Notes: generated from the letters alone by a model not told the origin. A stretch of DNA of 63,601 nucleotides, filler included, from Octopus bimaculoides (GCF_001194135.2; 3 parts of 3 records of this genome joined end to end with filler, not necessarily neighbours in it); one strand, 5' to 3'; positions 40,666-54,270 are shown, numbered from the whole stretch's first letter. Program-made: numbers and translations.

Positions 40666-41461
40666 GTTTCTCCTGTCAGTTTCAACATATGAGTGTTTGA
40701 AAGAGAGTAATAGAAAGAAAGAAAAAAAAATAAACAAACAAAAAAACCAAGCAGCTGCATCTTTTTGCAGTGGATGCATGAATGCAGTTCCAGTCCAAGT
40801 ATAGATTTTGCTATGATGTCACATTGATGATTTTAATTTTGTCTGGGATCAAGCAAGTGTGTCTGTTTGCACCAGCACCCACGAGCCTGCAAGATTAGGA
40901 ATGCTCAGCTGAACAGGGATGCTGGGGACATGCTTGTATGCAAGGGCAACCATGTATCTACTTAGACTGGAGTGTCTTCTCAAGCATAGCAAACTGCCAG
41001 AAGTCTTGGTCCCTTTTCACCCTTTCTGTGAGGCCCCAGGAAAAGAAAAGGGGGATGAAAACTGAAACATCTTTCTGCTAAATATATGTTCAGAACTATT
41101 CTAGATGATGTGAATGACAAAAAGGAGGAGGAGATAAAACCTTATAATGCAGGCACAGACTTGGCATTGCACATGAATGTTGTAAACGAGTGCCACTTTC
41201 ATGTAAGGGGTGTCCTTTATTTGCAATCTTCCATGGAAACATGTCTGGTCATGGGGAAGTATTACACTGCATGGGTTCAGATGGAATTTATTGGGGTAGA
41301 TTTTCTATGGCCAGATGCCCTTCTTGTGGCCAACCCTCACCAGTTTCCAAGCAAAATAATACGCCTCCATGCCCAGACATGTGTTTGATGGTAGAGTGAA
41401 AATTATACATTTACAGCCCTCATGATACTGACATAAGAGTACACACAAACACACATATATA

Positions 41462-41498
<37 letters not shown>

Positions 41499-42341
41499 GT
41501 ATGTGTGTAGTATATTTTGGGTAAAGACCTCATAAAACACATTTAAGAGCTCCAATGCTGTTGTTTGGCTTCCATGTTATTATACTTGAGAGTATTTCCA
41601 GGTATGGCTATACATGAGGAACTCCTTTCAACATTGGATTAATATAATAACAATTATAATATAACATGAGGATAGAAGTTAACAGGCTTTAATAGTGGAT
41701 AACAACATATGTTTCTGCACCCCACATCAGCCTAGAAGTTGCCAGCTTCATATCCATATAGCATTATGTAAGATTACTCTTAATAATTATTATATATTTG
41801 CATATTGTTCAACAACAGCTGCCTGTGGGTGCTTCATAAGGTGAAGTATAGATTTTTGTCAATGTCTCAAATTATTAGAAGGCAGACACGTAATATGTCA
41901 CTTGGTATCCTGTAAAAGGCTGATCTGAATTACTGAAATAACATTGCACTGTGCCAGTTAAACAAAAGCAGCATAGAATTCCTAAATTTATATATGGCAA
42001 CAAGATTTTTTTTAAAAAGCTGTAGTTAACTCGGAATCTTGGGGTTAGTAGCCCACACTCTTAACCACTATGCCATGGTTATATGGCGAAGTGGTTAAGA
42101 GCGTGTCATACAGCCTTTGCAAATAGATGCAGCTTCTTTTGTTCTTTTATTTTTAAAAGTTGTTTTCTCTTTTTCTCACTTTATTCTTTTCTTTAAATCT
42201 TCTTCAAACACTCTTACGTCAAAGTTGATAAGATTGACCATCATCATCATCATCATTATTATCATTATTATTATCATTATAAAAGAAGTCATTATTAATA
42301 AAAGAAATAATTATTATTATTATTATTAATATTATTATAAA

Positions 42342-42555
42342 GGCAGTGAGCTGGCAGAATTGTTAGCTCCCTGGGTGAAATGTTTAGTGATATTTCACTT
42401 GTCGCTACATTCTGAGTTCAAATTCCACCAAGGTTGACTATGCCTTTCATCATTTCAAGGTCAATAAATTAATTACCAGTGAAACACTGGGATTGATGTA
42501 ATCAACTTCTCCCCTCCCACCAAGTTTCAGGCTTTGTGCCTTTAGTAGAAACGAT
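42342..42555 (+). mobile_element. SINE family B (CpG-decayed)
   Basis: ggcagtgagctggcagaattgttagc...ctgagttcaaattccaccaaggttgact. Confidence 0.8.
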
Positions 42556-42589
42556 TATTATCATTATTATTATTTTGTGTGTGTGTGTG

Positions 42590-42908
42590 TGTGACCATGG
42601 GATTGCACCTAGGAAGTTTCCCTCCGAGGCAGAAGTCTGAGCAAGGTTGTTTATGGAAGACCAGCAGTCGCCCATGCGTACCAGCCTCTTCCCTTCTTCA
42701 CGCTACCGATGTTATCCAAGGGAAAGGCAAAGGCCAATACAGCTTGACACCAGTGACATCACAAACTCATTTCTACAGCTGAGTGAACTGGAACAATGTG
42801 AAAGAAAGTGTCTTGCTCAAGAACACAACACACAGACCAGTCTGAGAATCGAACTCACTACCTCACAATTGTGAGCCTGATGCTCTAACCACTGAGCCAT
42901 GCACCTTC
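42590..42908 (-). mobile_element. tRNA-headed SINE, family C
   Basis: Minus-strand head gtgaaggtgcatggctcagtggttagagc...gagttcgattctc, then gtgttcttgagcaagacact. A related copy lies at about 38140-38400 (+) and a fragment at about 7755-7930 (+). Confidence 0.75.
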
Positions 42909-43254
42909 ACATATGTATGTATGTATACAACAGGCTTCTTTCAGTTTCTGTCTACCAAATTCATTCACAAGACATTGGTTGGCCCAGGGCTATAGTAGAA
43001 GACACTTGTCCAAGGTGCCTTGCAATGGGATTGAACCCAAAACCACATGGTTGGGAAGCAAGTTTCTTAACCACACATCCCTGCCAGCTGCACTTATATC
43101 AATTATAAGAAAGAAATCAATGGACTTACCTAAAATTTTAATTTTATCAAATTTTCACCAGAAAAACTGAAGTAACTCCATGGAGATGTAGCTAATGAGA
43201 AGAGAAAATTAAGAAAAAAATTACTCAACAAAATAAATGCATAAATAATAATTT

Positions 43255-43638
43255 CCAATTTTGGCACAAGACCAGCAATTTCAGAGGAGCTCGTAAATGG
43301 ATTGCATCAACCCCAGTGTTCAACTGGGCACTTATTTTATTGACCCCAAAAGGATAAAAGGCAGAGTTGACCTTAGCAGAATTTGAACTCAGAACAAAGA
43401 CAGACGAAATGCCAATAATCATTTAGCTCAAAATGTCAACAATTCTGCCAGCTCGCCTTGATAGATACATAAATAATCCTTTCTACTATAGGTACAAGGC
43501 CTGAAATTTGGGGGAGGGGGACAGTCGATTGCATCAGCCCCAGTGTTTCCCTGGTGCTATTTATCGACCCCAAAAGGATGAAAGGCAAAGCCATTAAGCA
43601 TTTGCCCAGCATGCTAATGGTTCTGCCAGCTTGCCACC
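43255..43638 (-). mobile_element. Two adjacent SINE family B copies
   Basis: 43255-43457 and 43478-43638, each ending in ttctgccagctygcc on the plus strand. Confidence 0.75.
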
Positions 43639-44120
43639 AATACATACATTAATAATAAATAACAAAGCATACCAGTGAAGAACTTAATCAAATAAACCGT
43701 TTTTTGCTTTGGAGCCAGTGAGGCAGCTGATATGCAGTTGCTCAACCAGCTAGAAACAAAAAAGTCAAATAACAGCACCCCAGTTTAGAATATTTTAGCA
43801 TATATGGTTCTTGATATATAAAAAGATAGGATCAGTAAGATCACAATGCTGGTATGCTCGGTCAAAGATGACTCAAGGTTAAACAGCAACACTTCTTTTG
43901 CACCAGGACCAAGCATCTGAAGCACCCCCACCTTTCTGAAGATGGTGGAGTGTGATATCTGAAAGGGATAATATTTGGTTGTCATTTCCGGCAATTTAAA
44001 CAATCAAGCAAAATTCTGTTGTTGTAGCTTTTTAGCCCAGGTTAGCTCTGATGTAGCAGACCTATTATCAAAAGTATTTCAACCTTGACCACCCCATCTT
44101 TTTAATATATATCTAGGACT

Positions 44121-44335
44121 AGGCAGTGAGCAGGCAAAATTGTTAGCATGCCAGACAAAATGCTTTAGCGGCATTTCATCCATCATTACATTCTGAGTTC
44201 AAATTCCACCAAGGTTGACTTTGCTTTTCATCCTTTCAAGGCTGATGAAATAAATACCAGTTGAACACTAGGGTCGATATAATTGTTTTACCTATCCCTT
44301 AAAATTGCTGGCCTTGTGCCAAAATTGAAAACCAA
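44121..44335 (+). mobile_element. SINE family B
   Basis: aggcagtgagcaggcaaaattgttagc...ctgagttcaaattccaccaaggttgactttgc. Confidence 0.8.
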
Positions 44336-45105
44336 TATATATCAGGGATTACATGATTCAATGCCTCCTTCCTGTTTTAAGGGTGTTATTTGAAGAACTG
44401 TCGTATTGAATTTTAGCAGATCCAACAACTATACAGAGGATTCCTCATTTTGTTTAAAAGCAATTGGGGTCTGGTAGAGGGAGGATTTAGCTATGGGCTT
44501 GTCATTATGTCCATTGAGGAAAAACATATATAAGGAGTACTTTGATGAAATAGCTTTAGGAACAAAACCACTTAACATTTTTGTTACCACATTTCTATTA
44601 AAATATGTTACTTTTGTTTCTAGAAATTTTGAAAATAATGAAAAATTCAATAGAATAGCTTTGTTATTATTAAGACCATGTTTGAATCATAAATTAACAA
44701 AAAATTTTAATGAACAGTTTTAATTTTGATCACTTTAAGCCAAGGGTGGTCTCAGACAGATTGGTACCAGAAAGGTTAAACCAATCATATTGCTGAGAGT
44801 ATAGAGATAACAGCTTCATACTTTGGCTTCACTATTAAGAAGTGCAAATACTGCTAGACCATGTAAATTCAATAAGACCTGTGATACAGTCTACAAAAAG
44901 AGAGGAAAAAGCTAATAAACTGGCTTTTCTGGATATGCTAATAACTTCCACAGAGTGTAGATGCATGACATATCACAAGTCGTCATTTAACAAATAAAAC
45001 TTGAACTTTGATCCCCACCATAGCAATTCACTGTGTTGGACCTCCATAGCCATTCACTGTGTTGAAAAATCTTACTGTCTCTCTATAATCAAATGTTATT
45101 AAAAA

Positions 45106-46464
45106 TCTATATATATAAAAATGAGAATGTGTGTCTGTCTGTCTGTGTGAATCCCTAAAACTCGAGAACTACGCAACCAATTTCATTCAAATTTTACAGA
45201 TGCCTTACTTAGGGTTCCAGTTGTGTTTTAGTCAAAAAGAATTTTAACTTCTTGCAGAGTTCGAGCCCACAGCAACATAATATCTCCTCCACTATTTAAG
45301 TATTACGTGTCAAAAGTGAAACAAAAACACTCATGTCAAATACTTTCACTTTAAAAATGAAACTATTCTACTAACTGAAACAATCACATTTCGATACTGT
45401 AATGACAGATACTTTCAGAGAGAGAGAGCGAGAGAGAGAGAGAGAGAGAGAGAGATGTATATGTATACATATAGATGTATATGTACNNNNNNNNNNNNNN
45501 NNNNNNNNNNNNNNNNNNNNNNNNNNNNNNNNNNNNNNNNNNNNNNNNNNNNNNNNNNNNNNNNNNNNNNNNNNNNNNNNNNNNNNNNNNNNNNNNNNNN
45601 NNNNNNNNNNNNNNNNNNNNNNNNNNNNNNNNNNNNNNNNNNNNNNNNNNNNNNNNNNNNNNNNNNNNNNNNNNNNNNNNNNNNNNNNNNNNNNNNNNNN
45701 NNNNNNNNNNNNNNNNNNNNNNNNNNNNNNNNNNNNNNNNNNNNNNNNNNNNNNNNNNNNNNNNNNNNNNNNNNNNNNNNNNNNNNNNNNNNNNNNNNNN
45801 NNNNNNNNNNNNNNNNNNNNNNNNNNNNNNNNNNNNNNNNNNNNNNNNNNNNNNNNNNNNNNNNNNNNNNNNNNNNNNNNNNNNNNNNNNNNNNNNNNNN
45901 NNNNNNNNNNNNNNNNNNNNNNNNNNNNNNNNNNNNNNNNNNNNNNNNNNNNNNNNNNNNNNNNNNNNNNNNNNNNNNNNNNNNNNNNNNNNNNNNNNNN
46001 NNNNNNNNNNNNNNNNNNNNNNNNNNNNNNNNNNNNNNNNNNNNNNNNNNNNNNNNNNNNNNNNNNNNNNNNNNNNNNNNNNNNNNNNNNNNNNNNNNNN
46101 NNNNNNNNNNNNNNNNNNNNNNNNNNNNNNNNNNNNNNNNNNNTAAATGAGACGCATCTTTGCCTCCACTGATTCACTTGCAAAGTGTTGAGTAAAATTA
46201 TTTCGTTGCAGACATCCTTTGGGTCTTTTTATTATCACTACGACACACATAGTCCCCAGTTGGTAACATTGATTTCAAGGCCCTCCTAGATGAGAGACTG
46301 GCATTCAACTTAATGTCTATGTTCCATGCTGGCATGGATTGAAGAGTTATTAATGTAGAAATATGGTATCATAGCTACTAACAGTTGAGGGTTGCGTAGT
46401 CTAGACGGCGTTTTTAGATTTCATTATTCTCTTTAACCCGGGCAAAGCCGGGTATTTCTGCTAG
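45106..46464 (+). mobile_element. Non-autonomous Helitron (spans an N gap)
   Basis: 5' A|TCTATATATATAAAA followed by (TGTC)n. 3' hairpin CCCGG-GCAAAG-CCGGG at 46437-46452, then CTAG|T at 46461-46465. No TSD. Confidence 0.75.
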
Positions 46465-47646
46465 TTATAAAATAAAGTTAAAATGTTTTGTGTATTGTAG
46501 AAGCATAAGAAATTTATTTTCAGAGGAGCATTGTAAAGATATAAATTTATTTGTGAAGAGACAAGAGAAGCCATGGCTATGGCTAAAAGGTTGTGATAAC
46601 AAATAGGACATGACACTAGGGGATAAAATGATAAAAAGAATCAGCACATATGTTGACCTTTGATAACTTTCTAAGTAGGCCAGTATAGAAATGAACACCA
46701 TTAATTACAAGAGAAAGAACACTAAACCTATAAATATAAGAGAAAAGGTAGTTTTAATGCTCCTGGCTTCCTCTGCCTCATTATCCTAAGAATCACTGGT
46801 ATAGTGAATATAAAAGTATTAAGTATTAAGTGTAGTAATAGTTTAGCTAGTGAACATGAGTTCAAATCCCTGGGTAAATCAAGCTGTAAATATTCTGGTT
46901 GAAGTATAACTATCTAGTGGCACCACAAGTAGTAGAATATCCTTGGTAAGGTCAATGGAATAACAGGCTGTTGCTAAGTATGCATTAGAGTGTCCAGTTC
47001 TAAATTCTGAGAACATCACTAACTATAACATTTCCCCAAAGAGGGACAAAAGGGTAGGGTGGGTGAAATGCTGTGACTTTAACAACAAATAAGAGGACAT
47101 TATCAAATATATCAAGGTATAACAATTTCACTACAGAAATTCAGGCAGAGTGTGTGTGTGTGTGTGTACACGTGCGCATGCATATGTGTGCATGTGTGTA
47201 CACGTGTGCATGAAAACCATGCCCACTCCCACCCACCTTTATCACTCACTATATCCACCCCCATATACCTCTGACTTCTATCTCTGTCACTGAGCATCCC
47301 TCTCTCTCTCTCTCTCTCACCCACTTCCACACACTTCAGCACAATGTTACTATTGCTGCCCTCCACCCCACCCTCTTTTACTGCCAATTATTACTTCCAC
47401 CTCCCTCCTTAACTCACTCCTATTTCTTTCACATTCTCCTCTTGATATTCACCATTGACCATCCTTCCACTCTTGTTCACTTCTATCCCCATCTCTCATG
47501 AACTTACTACCCCCACTTCCCCTCCCCCCACGATTCTCTCTTGAGAGAACATCCTGACACTGCATTACTACATCTTTTTGTCTCTTTCCAGCTAGGTAGC
47601 TATGCATCTCCTCTACAGCAAGACACCCATCCCTGTTCTGTTAATA

Positions 47647-47996
47647 CAGGGGTCGACAACCATTTTTTTATCTATGGACCCCTTTGATTATTATCTTGTT
47701 CTGGTGGACCACCATAGTCACTCAATGTTTAAAAACTGGTTTTATAGAAATGTCTTTCAAAATTCCTATTTTGTTCTTCACATAGTCACTTATGTAGGTT
47801 GAACTATGTAAAACGTTAGAGAAAGAAACCCAGCTGTTTCTTGCAATACATCCCAATACATACATCTAAAGCAAATTTTTTTCAGAAACCCTTAAAATAC
47901 TATTGTGGATCCCCAATTTACTATTTTGTTACAAAGACTCCCCAAAATATTATATGGACCCTCAGGGGCCATATGGACTCCAACTGAGAACCACTG
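47647..47996. mobile_element. hAT-type MITE (degenerate)
   Basis: Termini CAGGGGTCGACAACC ... AACTGAGAACCACTG; 8-bp TSD not recognisable. A related end (GGTTGAGAAGCACTG) occurs at about 29090-29104. Confidence 0.55.
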
Positions 47997-48135
47997 TTCT
48001 GCTATATATCTTAGCCTCAACACCTAGCACAAAGTCACTTCCCTCAATACTACTACATCCCTACTTATTCAAGGGATTGTATTGATATCTTTTGATAGGG
48101 TTCCAGACATGACAGGACAAGTGAGTGAGAGTTTA

Positions 48136-48468
48136 TGCTGTAGTGAAATGGTACACCCCTTATCATGTAGCAAAGTGGTATGAACCAACCACTATACAGT
48201 CAGACAGTCAGTTGTTCTAGAAGTCAGTCAGTAGTAGTAGAGTCGTACGAGTTTCTTGATCGAAGTCAGTGTCAGTCACATGACATATACGAGTTCAAGT
48301 TAACGTCAAGGTAGACATTTCAAAGTCATTGTCTTGTGGTGCTATCAGTGATAGCACAATAGATGAGTTAAAGATAATAGATGCGGAATACCACCACAGC
48401 ATAATAGTGGCAACAAAAATATTACAGGGCCAACAACATATAAGTGGACGAGGATCCACGTTATAACA
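48136..48468 (+). repeat. 5' LTR (333 bp)
   Basis: Direct repeat of 51187-51497 (gtgaaatggtacacc...ggatccacrttataaca). Confidence 0.9.
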
Positions 48469-48650
48469 GTGGCAATGAGGATATAAACAATTCACATGGA
48501 CCATGTTAAAGAAAAAAAAAATTTTTTCATGATAAAGTAAACAATTGACACAGATGACATTGAAAAATTTTCCTGTGGAAAAATTAAAAACTCAACAGAG
48601 GAGTAGCTAACATTTTTGCTGCACGTTTTTTACAAAAAATTCAAAGAATT

Positions 48651-49574
48651 ATGGAAAACTTGTTAGCAGGTCTAGCTGAGTTTCAAAAACAGCAACAATA
48701 ACAACTCAAAGAACAAGAACAAAAACAAATTTTACAGCAACTAATGCTACAGCTAATGAAGTTGGTAACAAAACTGACAAATATGTTTTTGTCAGACCAT
48801 GTAGTAAATTCAATAAATAAATTTAAACATGACCCAGAAGAAGGAACTACTTTCGAGGCATATTACTGAAGATTTGAACAAATTTTCGGAAAAGAATGCC
48901 AAGACTGGACGGATGAAATGAAAACGCAACTAATTCTGAGGAAACCAGCAATGATAGAGCATGAGAAATATTGTTACTTTATATTGCCTAAAAATGTTTC
49001 TGACATAAATTTCACGAAGACAATTGACATTTTATGTAGGATGTTTAGTGTAAAAACATCGTTGTTCAACACATGTTGGAAGTGTTTGAACACTGAGAAA
49101 AGCAATGATGAAGACTTTATCACATATGCCAGTAGAGTGAACAGAGAGTGCAAGAGATTTAAAATGGATAAACAAACTCCAGACACATTCAAGTGCCTGA
49201 TTTTTGTTCAGGAACTTACTGCTAAAAAGGACGCAGGAGTCAGAATGAAAATTCTCACAAAGCTAGAAATGAACAAGAATATAACTCTCCAGAAACTGTC
49301 AGAAGAATGCAATAGGATATTAAAAGTAAGACACAACACAGAAGAAATCAAACACAGAGATTGTTTACAGATAAAACCAGTGCAAAAGAGTAAGAAGACA
49401 GATAAAGTGTGTTACGAAAAGCATGATATATATCAGGAAGTATGTATGGCATGTATTGGTAGGCATCTGAGAAAAGAGTGCCTATTCAAAAATGCGAAGT
49501 GTTTTCATTGTGGGACCATGGGACACATTAAATCACACTGCAAGACTAAGATGATGAAAAATTGGACCAAATGA
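48651..49574 (+). pseudogene. Gypsy gag, disrupted upstream of 48918
   Basis: ORF 48918-49574 includes DFITYASRVNREC, FKCLIFVQEL and the zinc knuckle CFHCGTMGHIKSHC (Cx2Cx4Hx4C). In-frame stops lie upstream. Confidence 0.85.
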
Positions 49575-49619
49575 GAAAAAACAAATAGTTTGTCATCAGA
49601 GAAAAAAGTTTATTCAATG

Positions 49620-50780
49620 AACAGAAAATTCATCAAAGTGAGAATCGAAACCACTAGTATCAAAATGTAATTAGACATGGGGAATGATATCACTATCATA
49701 AATGAAGAAACATGGAAGCAAATCAGTAAGCCAAAATTATTTAAATCAAATAAAGTAGTGTATGGTGTTACAGGAAAGAAATATTTCATTGGCAAAAGTA
49801 TTTGCAAGATAACTTTTTAAGAACCATTTGAGGACACAGTAATAGCAGCCCTAAGAGCCGAAGGGGAAATTAAACACATAATGTGGAACATTGTACAAGA
49901 GTTACCAACAACTCTGGAGAAGATAAAGCAACATATGTCAAAAGATAAGTTTGCTAATGAAACAAAGAAAACTCTGAAGTCAGCTAAAGGAAACATAAAT
50001 AGGTTCAGTAGGAAAAAACAACAAGATGTAAACATATATTCAATATGCAACAGCATACTGATTTATGGCCAAAGGGTAGTGAAAGAATTCCATATTGGAG
50101 ATTAGGGATCGCAAGGATGAAAATGCTTATGCACAGTTATGTGTACTGGCCAAAGATGGATAAGGAAGCTGAAAACATAGTAAAAGGCTGCAGACGATGT
50201 GCTCTGGCAGCAAAATTGCTTACTCAAAAATGGGAAACTTGGCCAGAAGTAAAATGTCCATGGACAAGACTGCACATTGATTTTGTGGGTCCGTTAAATG
50301 GTTATTACTACTTAGTTGTAGTTGACAGTTTTACAAAATGGCCAGAAATTGTTAAGTGCAAAAAACCAACTGCTTCAATTGTAATAGATTTCTTGCATGA
50401 ATTATTCACAAGATTCAGCATCTCAGATGTAATTGTATCTGATAATAGAACACAATTGTGATTGTATCTGATAATAGAACACAATTTAGAAAATTCTGCG
50501 AAATGTTCATGGTAGAACATAAAACAATAGTGCCTTACCATTCTAGATCAAATGGACAGGCAGAATGTTTTCTGGACATTTTTAAAAGAACTTTAAGGAA
50601 AGCAAACAAGGAAGTCACAGATGAAGTCGCCCTGCAGCAATTCCTAAGCATATAACAGGGTGACACAAGACCCTGATACACCAGCAGGAAGCTCACCAGC
50701 AGAACTGATATTTGCCAGGAAGGTGAAATCAGTTTTGATAAACTGTTACCTGGCGAGGAAAGAAAAAGTGCCAGGAAAGA
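49620..50780 (+). pseudogene. Gypsy pol remnant: aspartic protease fragment fused to integrase
   Basis: DMGNDITIINEETW (decayed DTG motif) near 49675. Then H...GIARMKMLMHSYVYWPKMDKEAENIVKGCRRC (HHCC), WTRLHIDFVGP...VVVDSFTKWPE...VSDNRTQ and SNGQAEC (DDE core). Frameshifts include a short tandem duplication at about 50431-50488. Confidence 0.85.
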
Positions 50781-51186
50781 CATATCAAAATTTTATATGA
50801 CATGAGGTCGTATAAAAGCAGAAAACAGTACTGGGAAGAAGGTAAAATTACAAAGTACATAGAAAAAATGATGAAAAAGCAGAAAAGGTATTGAAAAAAA
50901 CATAGAAATTATTTGAAGAAGAGATTCATAGAAAATGAACTAGACAGATTGGAAGAACTTATGGAATGGTTGTGTGATACATTCTAGGTACCAACATCAT
51001 TACAGGTGGTTGAACCCATGCATACAAGTGGAAGAAAAAAGAAGAGCACAAAGTTCCTACAATTAAACACCAAAAAGAAAAGAATATTAAGTTGGAAAAA
51101 AAACCCCACAAAAATAGGAGGATGGGCAAATAAAGTAAAATAAAATTACTTGCTCCACAAAAAAAAATATAGACTAAAAGGGAAGA

Positions 51187-51497
51187 TGTTATAGTGAAAT
51201 GGTACACCCTTTCTCACTTGACAGTCAGACAGTCAGTCATTGTAGAAGTCAGTCAGTAGTAGTAGAGTCGTATGAGTTTTTCAGTTGAAGTCAGTGTCAG
51301 TTACGTGATATATATTGAGTTCAAATTACCGTCAAGGTAGACGTTACAAAGTCATTGACTTACAGTGCTATCAGCGATATCACAATAGACGAGTCAAAGA
51401 CAATAGACATGGAATACAGCCACAACATAATAATGGCAACAAAAATATTACAAGGCCAACAACAACATACAGGTGGAGGAGGATCCACATTATAACA
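51187..51497 (+). repeat. 3' LTR (311 bp)
   Basis: Direct repeat of 48136-48468, preceded by a polypurine tract and followed by the TSD. Confidence 0.9.
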
Positions 51498-51999
51498 GTT
51501 TATGACTTAGACAAATGAGCTGAACTCTAGAACTGAAGTTATTCAGTGTTTGATCCATTGTCAATCTTTGATTGTGAAGCAGATAGATTCTGAAGTGAAG
51601 ACTATCATGAACAATGTCAATACCTTCAAAGAGTATCATGAACAATGTCAATGCCTTAAGATTGTCAATGCCTTCAAAGCACATGCACCTAATACATGTC
51701 TTTTCCATGAGTAATTTAAGGATGGGATGCAAAATATCCAGGCCTTTTCTATCATACAGAAATGATGTGGCTTTTACACAGTGATGTGATAGAGTTTGTG
51801 CTCTCACAACATAAAACTTTTCCATTTAATCAAAACATGCTCTTAATGATAAGCTCTATAAGTCCATATTGCACCTGCATTTCTCAAACTAAGCTGACAT
51901 TTTAGGGTATGTCAGTGCATTGAAGAAATTACACATCTACCCTAGTATGTCATTTTAAATATAAACAATCACATCATCGAAATCTCAAGGCTACAACAT

Positions 52000-52207
52000 A
52001 CTCTCTTTTACCCTTTTACTTGTTTCAGTCATTTGACTGCGGCCATGCTGGAGCACCGCCTTTAGTCGAGCAAATCGACCCCAGGACTTATTCTTTGGAA
52101 GCCTAATACTTATTCAATTGGTCTCTTTTGCCGAACCGCTAAGTTACGGGGACGTAAACACACCACCTTCGGTTGTCAAGCGATGGTGGGGGAACATAGA
52201 CATACAA

Positions 52208-52254
<47 letters not shown>

Positions 52255-52419
52255 TATGACAGGCTTCTTTCAGTTTCCGTCTACCAAATCCACTCACAAG
52301 GCTTTGGTCGGCCCAAGGCTATAGTAGAAGACACTTGCCCAAAGTGCCACGCAGTGGGACTGAACCCGGAACCACGTGGTTGGTAAGCAAGCTACTTACC
52401 ACACAGCCACTCCTGCGCC
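52000..52419 (-). mobile_element. Full-length SINE, family A
   Basis: Reverse complement of 20839-21246 with CpGs largely retained. Confidence 0.9.
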
Positions 52420-53159
52420 ATAATGCAGGATAAATTCAAAAGGATGTGAATGAATATGCATTATAGCTGACAGAGCAACCTGAACACTAAAGGGTTAAGG
52501 CTGGATGGTATGATAATTTCCCCATTCAGTGGCAATAGACACCTCATCTGAGATGCCACTTGCTGTGACACCTTCTCCAGTGGCAACTTGGTGATGTCAG
52601 CAACCAGCCTAGGCTCTCCTGCTCATCAGACAGAGCAAAAAAAAAAAAAAAAACTGTCAAGGCAATGGTTGATCAATGATAAGTTTATGGTTGAGTCTGT
52701 GGCAGTTGTGACCTCCATTATTCTTTGGTCCCTGGACCATATCCCTGCTCACCACTATCGGGGTAGAGATTGCTGTCCACAAGTGCAAGCCCCACGCATC
52801 AGAGTGGCTGTTCCTGGGCATCTCCCTCACTAGCATCCGAGGTAATGCCTTTTCCATTCTGTCTGCTAGTGCCATGCGTTCTTAAAAAAAGAAGCTTGAA
52901 TTTCGTAGGTAATAGTATTCACATACTCATTTCTTTCTTTAAATGTTCATTTCCAGAGCTTGATTTTTATACAATCAGTTTGGTAGTGAATTCTTTGACC
53001 TGTAAAATTATTTGATGTGCTGAAGTCTAAAGCAGTGGTCCTTGACATTTTTTTGCACCACAGACTGGTTTATGCAAGACAATTTTCTACAAATAGAGGG
53101 ATCAGACACATAACAAAACACAATAAAGTGCACAAGATATAATCTAATTACCTTTTCAA

Positions 53160-53490
53160 TCATTAGACTGTGGCTATGCTGGGGTACTGCCTTGAAGAAT
53201 TTTTAGTTAAATGATGCAACCCCAGTACTTTTTCAACCTCTTTTGCCAAACAGCTAAACTATCTATGGGGATGTAAACACACCAACACAGTTGTCAGGCA
53301 GTGGTGAGGGATGAGCACAGACACAAAGACACACACGCACACACATATGGTGGGCTTCTTTCCGTCTACCAAATCCACTCATGAGGTTTTGGTTGGCCCA
53401 AGGTTGTAGTATAAGACGCCCAAGGTGCCACACAGTGGGACTGAACCTAGAGCTATGTGGTTGGGAAGCAATCTTCTTGCCACACAGTCA
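53160..53490 (-). mobile_element. Diverged SINE, family A
   Basis: ctaccaaatccactca...gtgggactgaacc motif shared with 52000-52419. Confidence 0.7.
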
Positions 53491-53775
53491 AGTCTGCACC
53501 TATCATTATTACATATATAATACATATATGATACAAAAACACCCAGCAGACTGCAATAGTCATTATATAGAACCAAAATTTTAAAATCTATTCTTAATCC
53601 TGCTCTAAAGAGTTGTTTATTTCTAGTATACTCTTTTTCCAAAACAAGCACATTGTTATTTTTCTTCTTAATCTTTTCTAATCATTGTGTTCATGTGCTA
53701 TTTCATTTAAAGTTGAAAAGTGACCCAGATTAATTCTTGATAACATTTTCGCTTCCTATTATTTCAATACTAAAT

Positions 53776-54029
53776 GCATAGGCACGGCTGTATTCTTAAG
53801 AAGCTTGCTTTGTAACTAGATGGTTTCAGGTTCGGTTCCAATGCGCAGTACCTTGGGCAAATGTCTTCAATCACTGCCTTGTGAATCAAATTGGTAGACA
53901 GAAACTGTGAGGAAACCTGTTGTGTTGCCAAGTGTAATAATAGATACGAAATCAATGTTAACTTTCTAACCGGTTATATGGCACAACCAGGAATATACTA
54001 CTCGAAAATATTAAAATGTGTGAATGTGT

Positions 54030-54064
<35 letters not shown>

Positions 54065-54074
54065 NNNNNNNNNN

Positions 54075-54113
<39 letters not shown>

Positions 54114-54270
54114 ACCCCACCACTTGACAACTGGTGCTGCCTTGTTTATATCACCGTAACTTAACAGTTTGGTTAAATAGACTGATAGAATAGTTACCAA
54201 GTTCTAAAAAGGGCCCTTCAAGATGGTGTCCCAACATGGTCGCAGTCCAATGTCTGAAACAAATAAAAGG
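53776..54270 (+). mobile_element. Diverged SINE, family A
   Basis: accttgggcaaatgtcttc...(TG)n...ccaacatggtcgcagtc...gaaacaaataaaag. Confidence 0.7.

Larger units (their letters stand above)
48136..51497 (+). mobile_element. Ty3/Gypsy LTR retrotransposon (K02A2.6-like), LTR to LTR, internally deleted for RT/RNase H
   Basis: 5' LTR 48136-48468 and 3' LTR 51187-51497 (TG...CA; 3' LTR termini TGTTATA/TATAACA). 5-bp TSD GTTTA at 48131-48135 and 51498-51502. PBS-like TGGCAATGAGG at 48470 and PPT AAAAGGGAAGA before the 3' LTR. Contains gag, a protease remnant and integrase. Confidence 0.93.
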
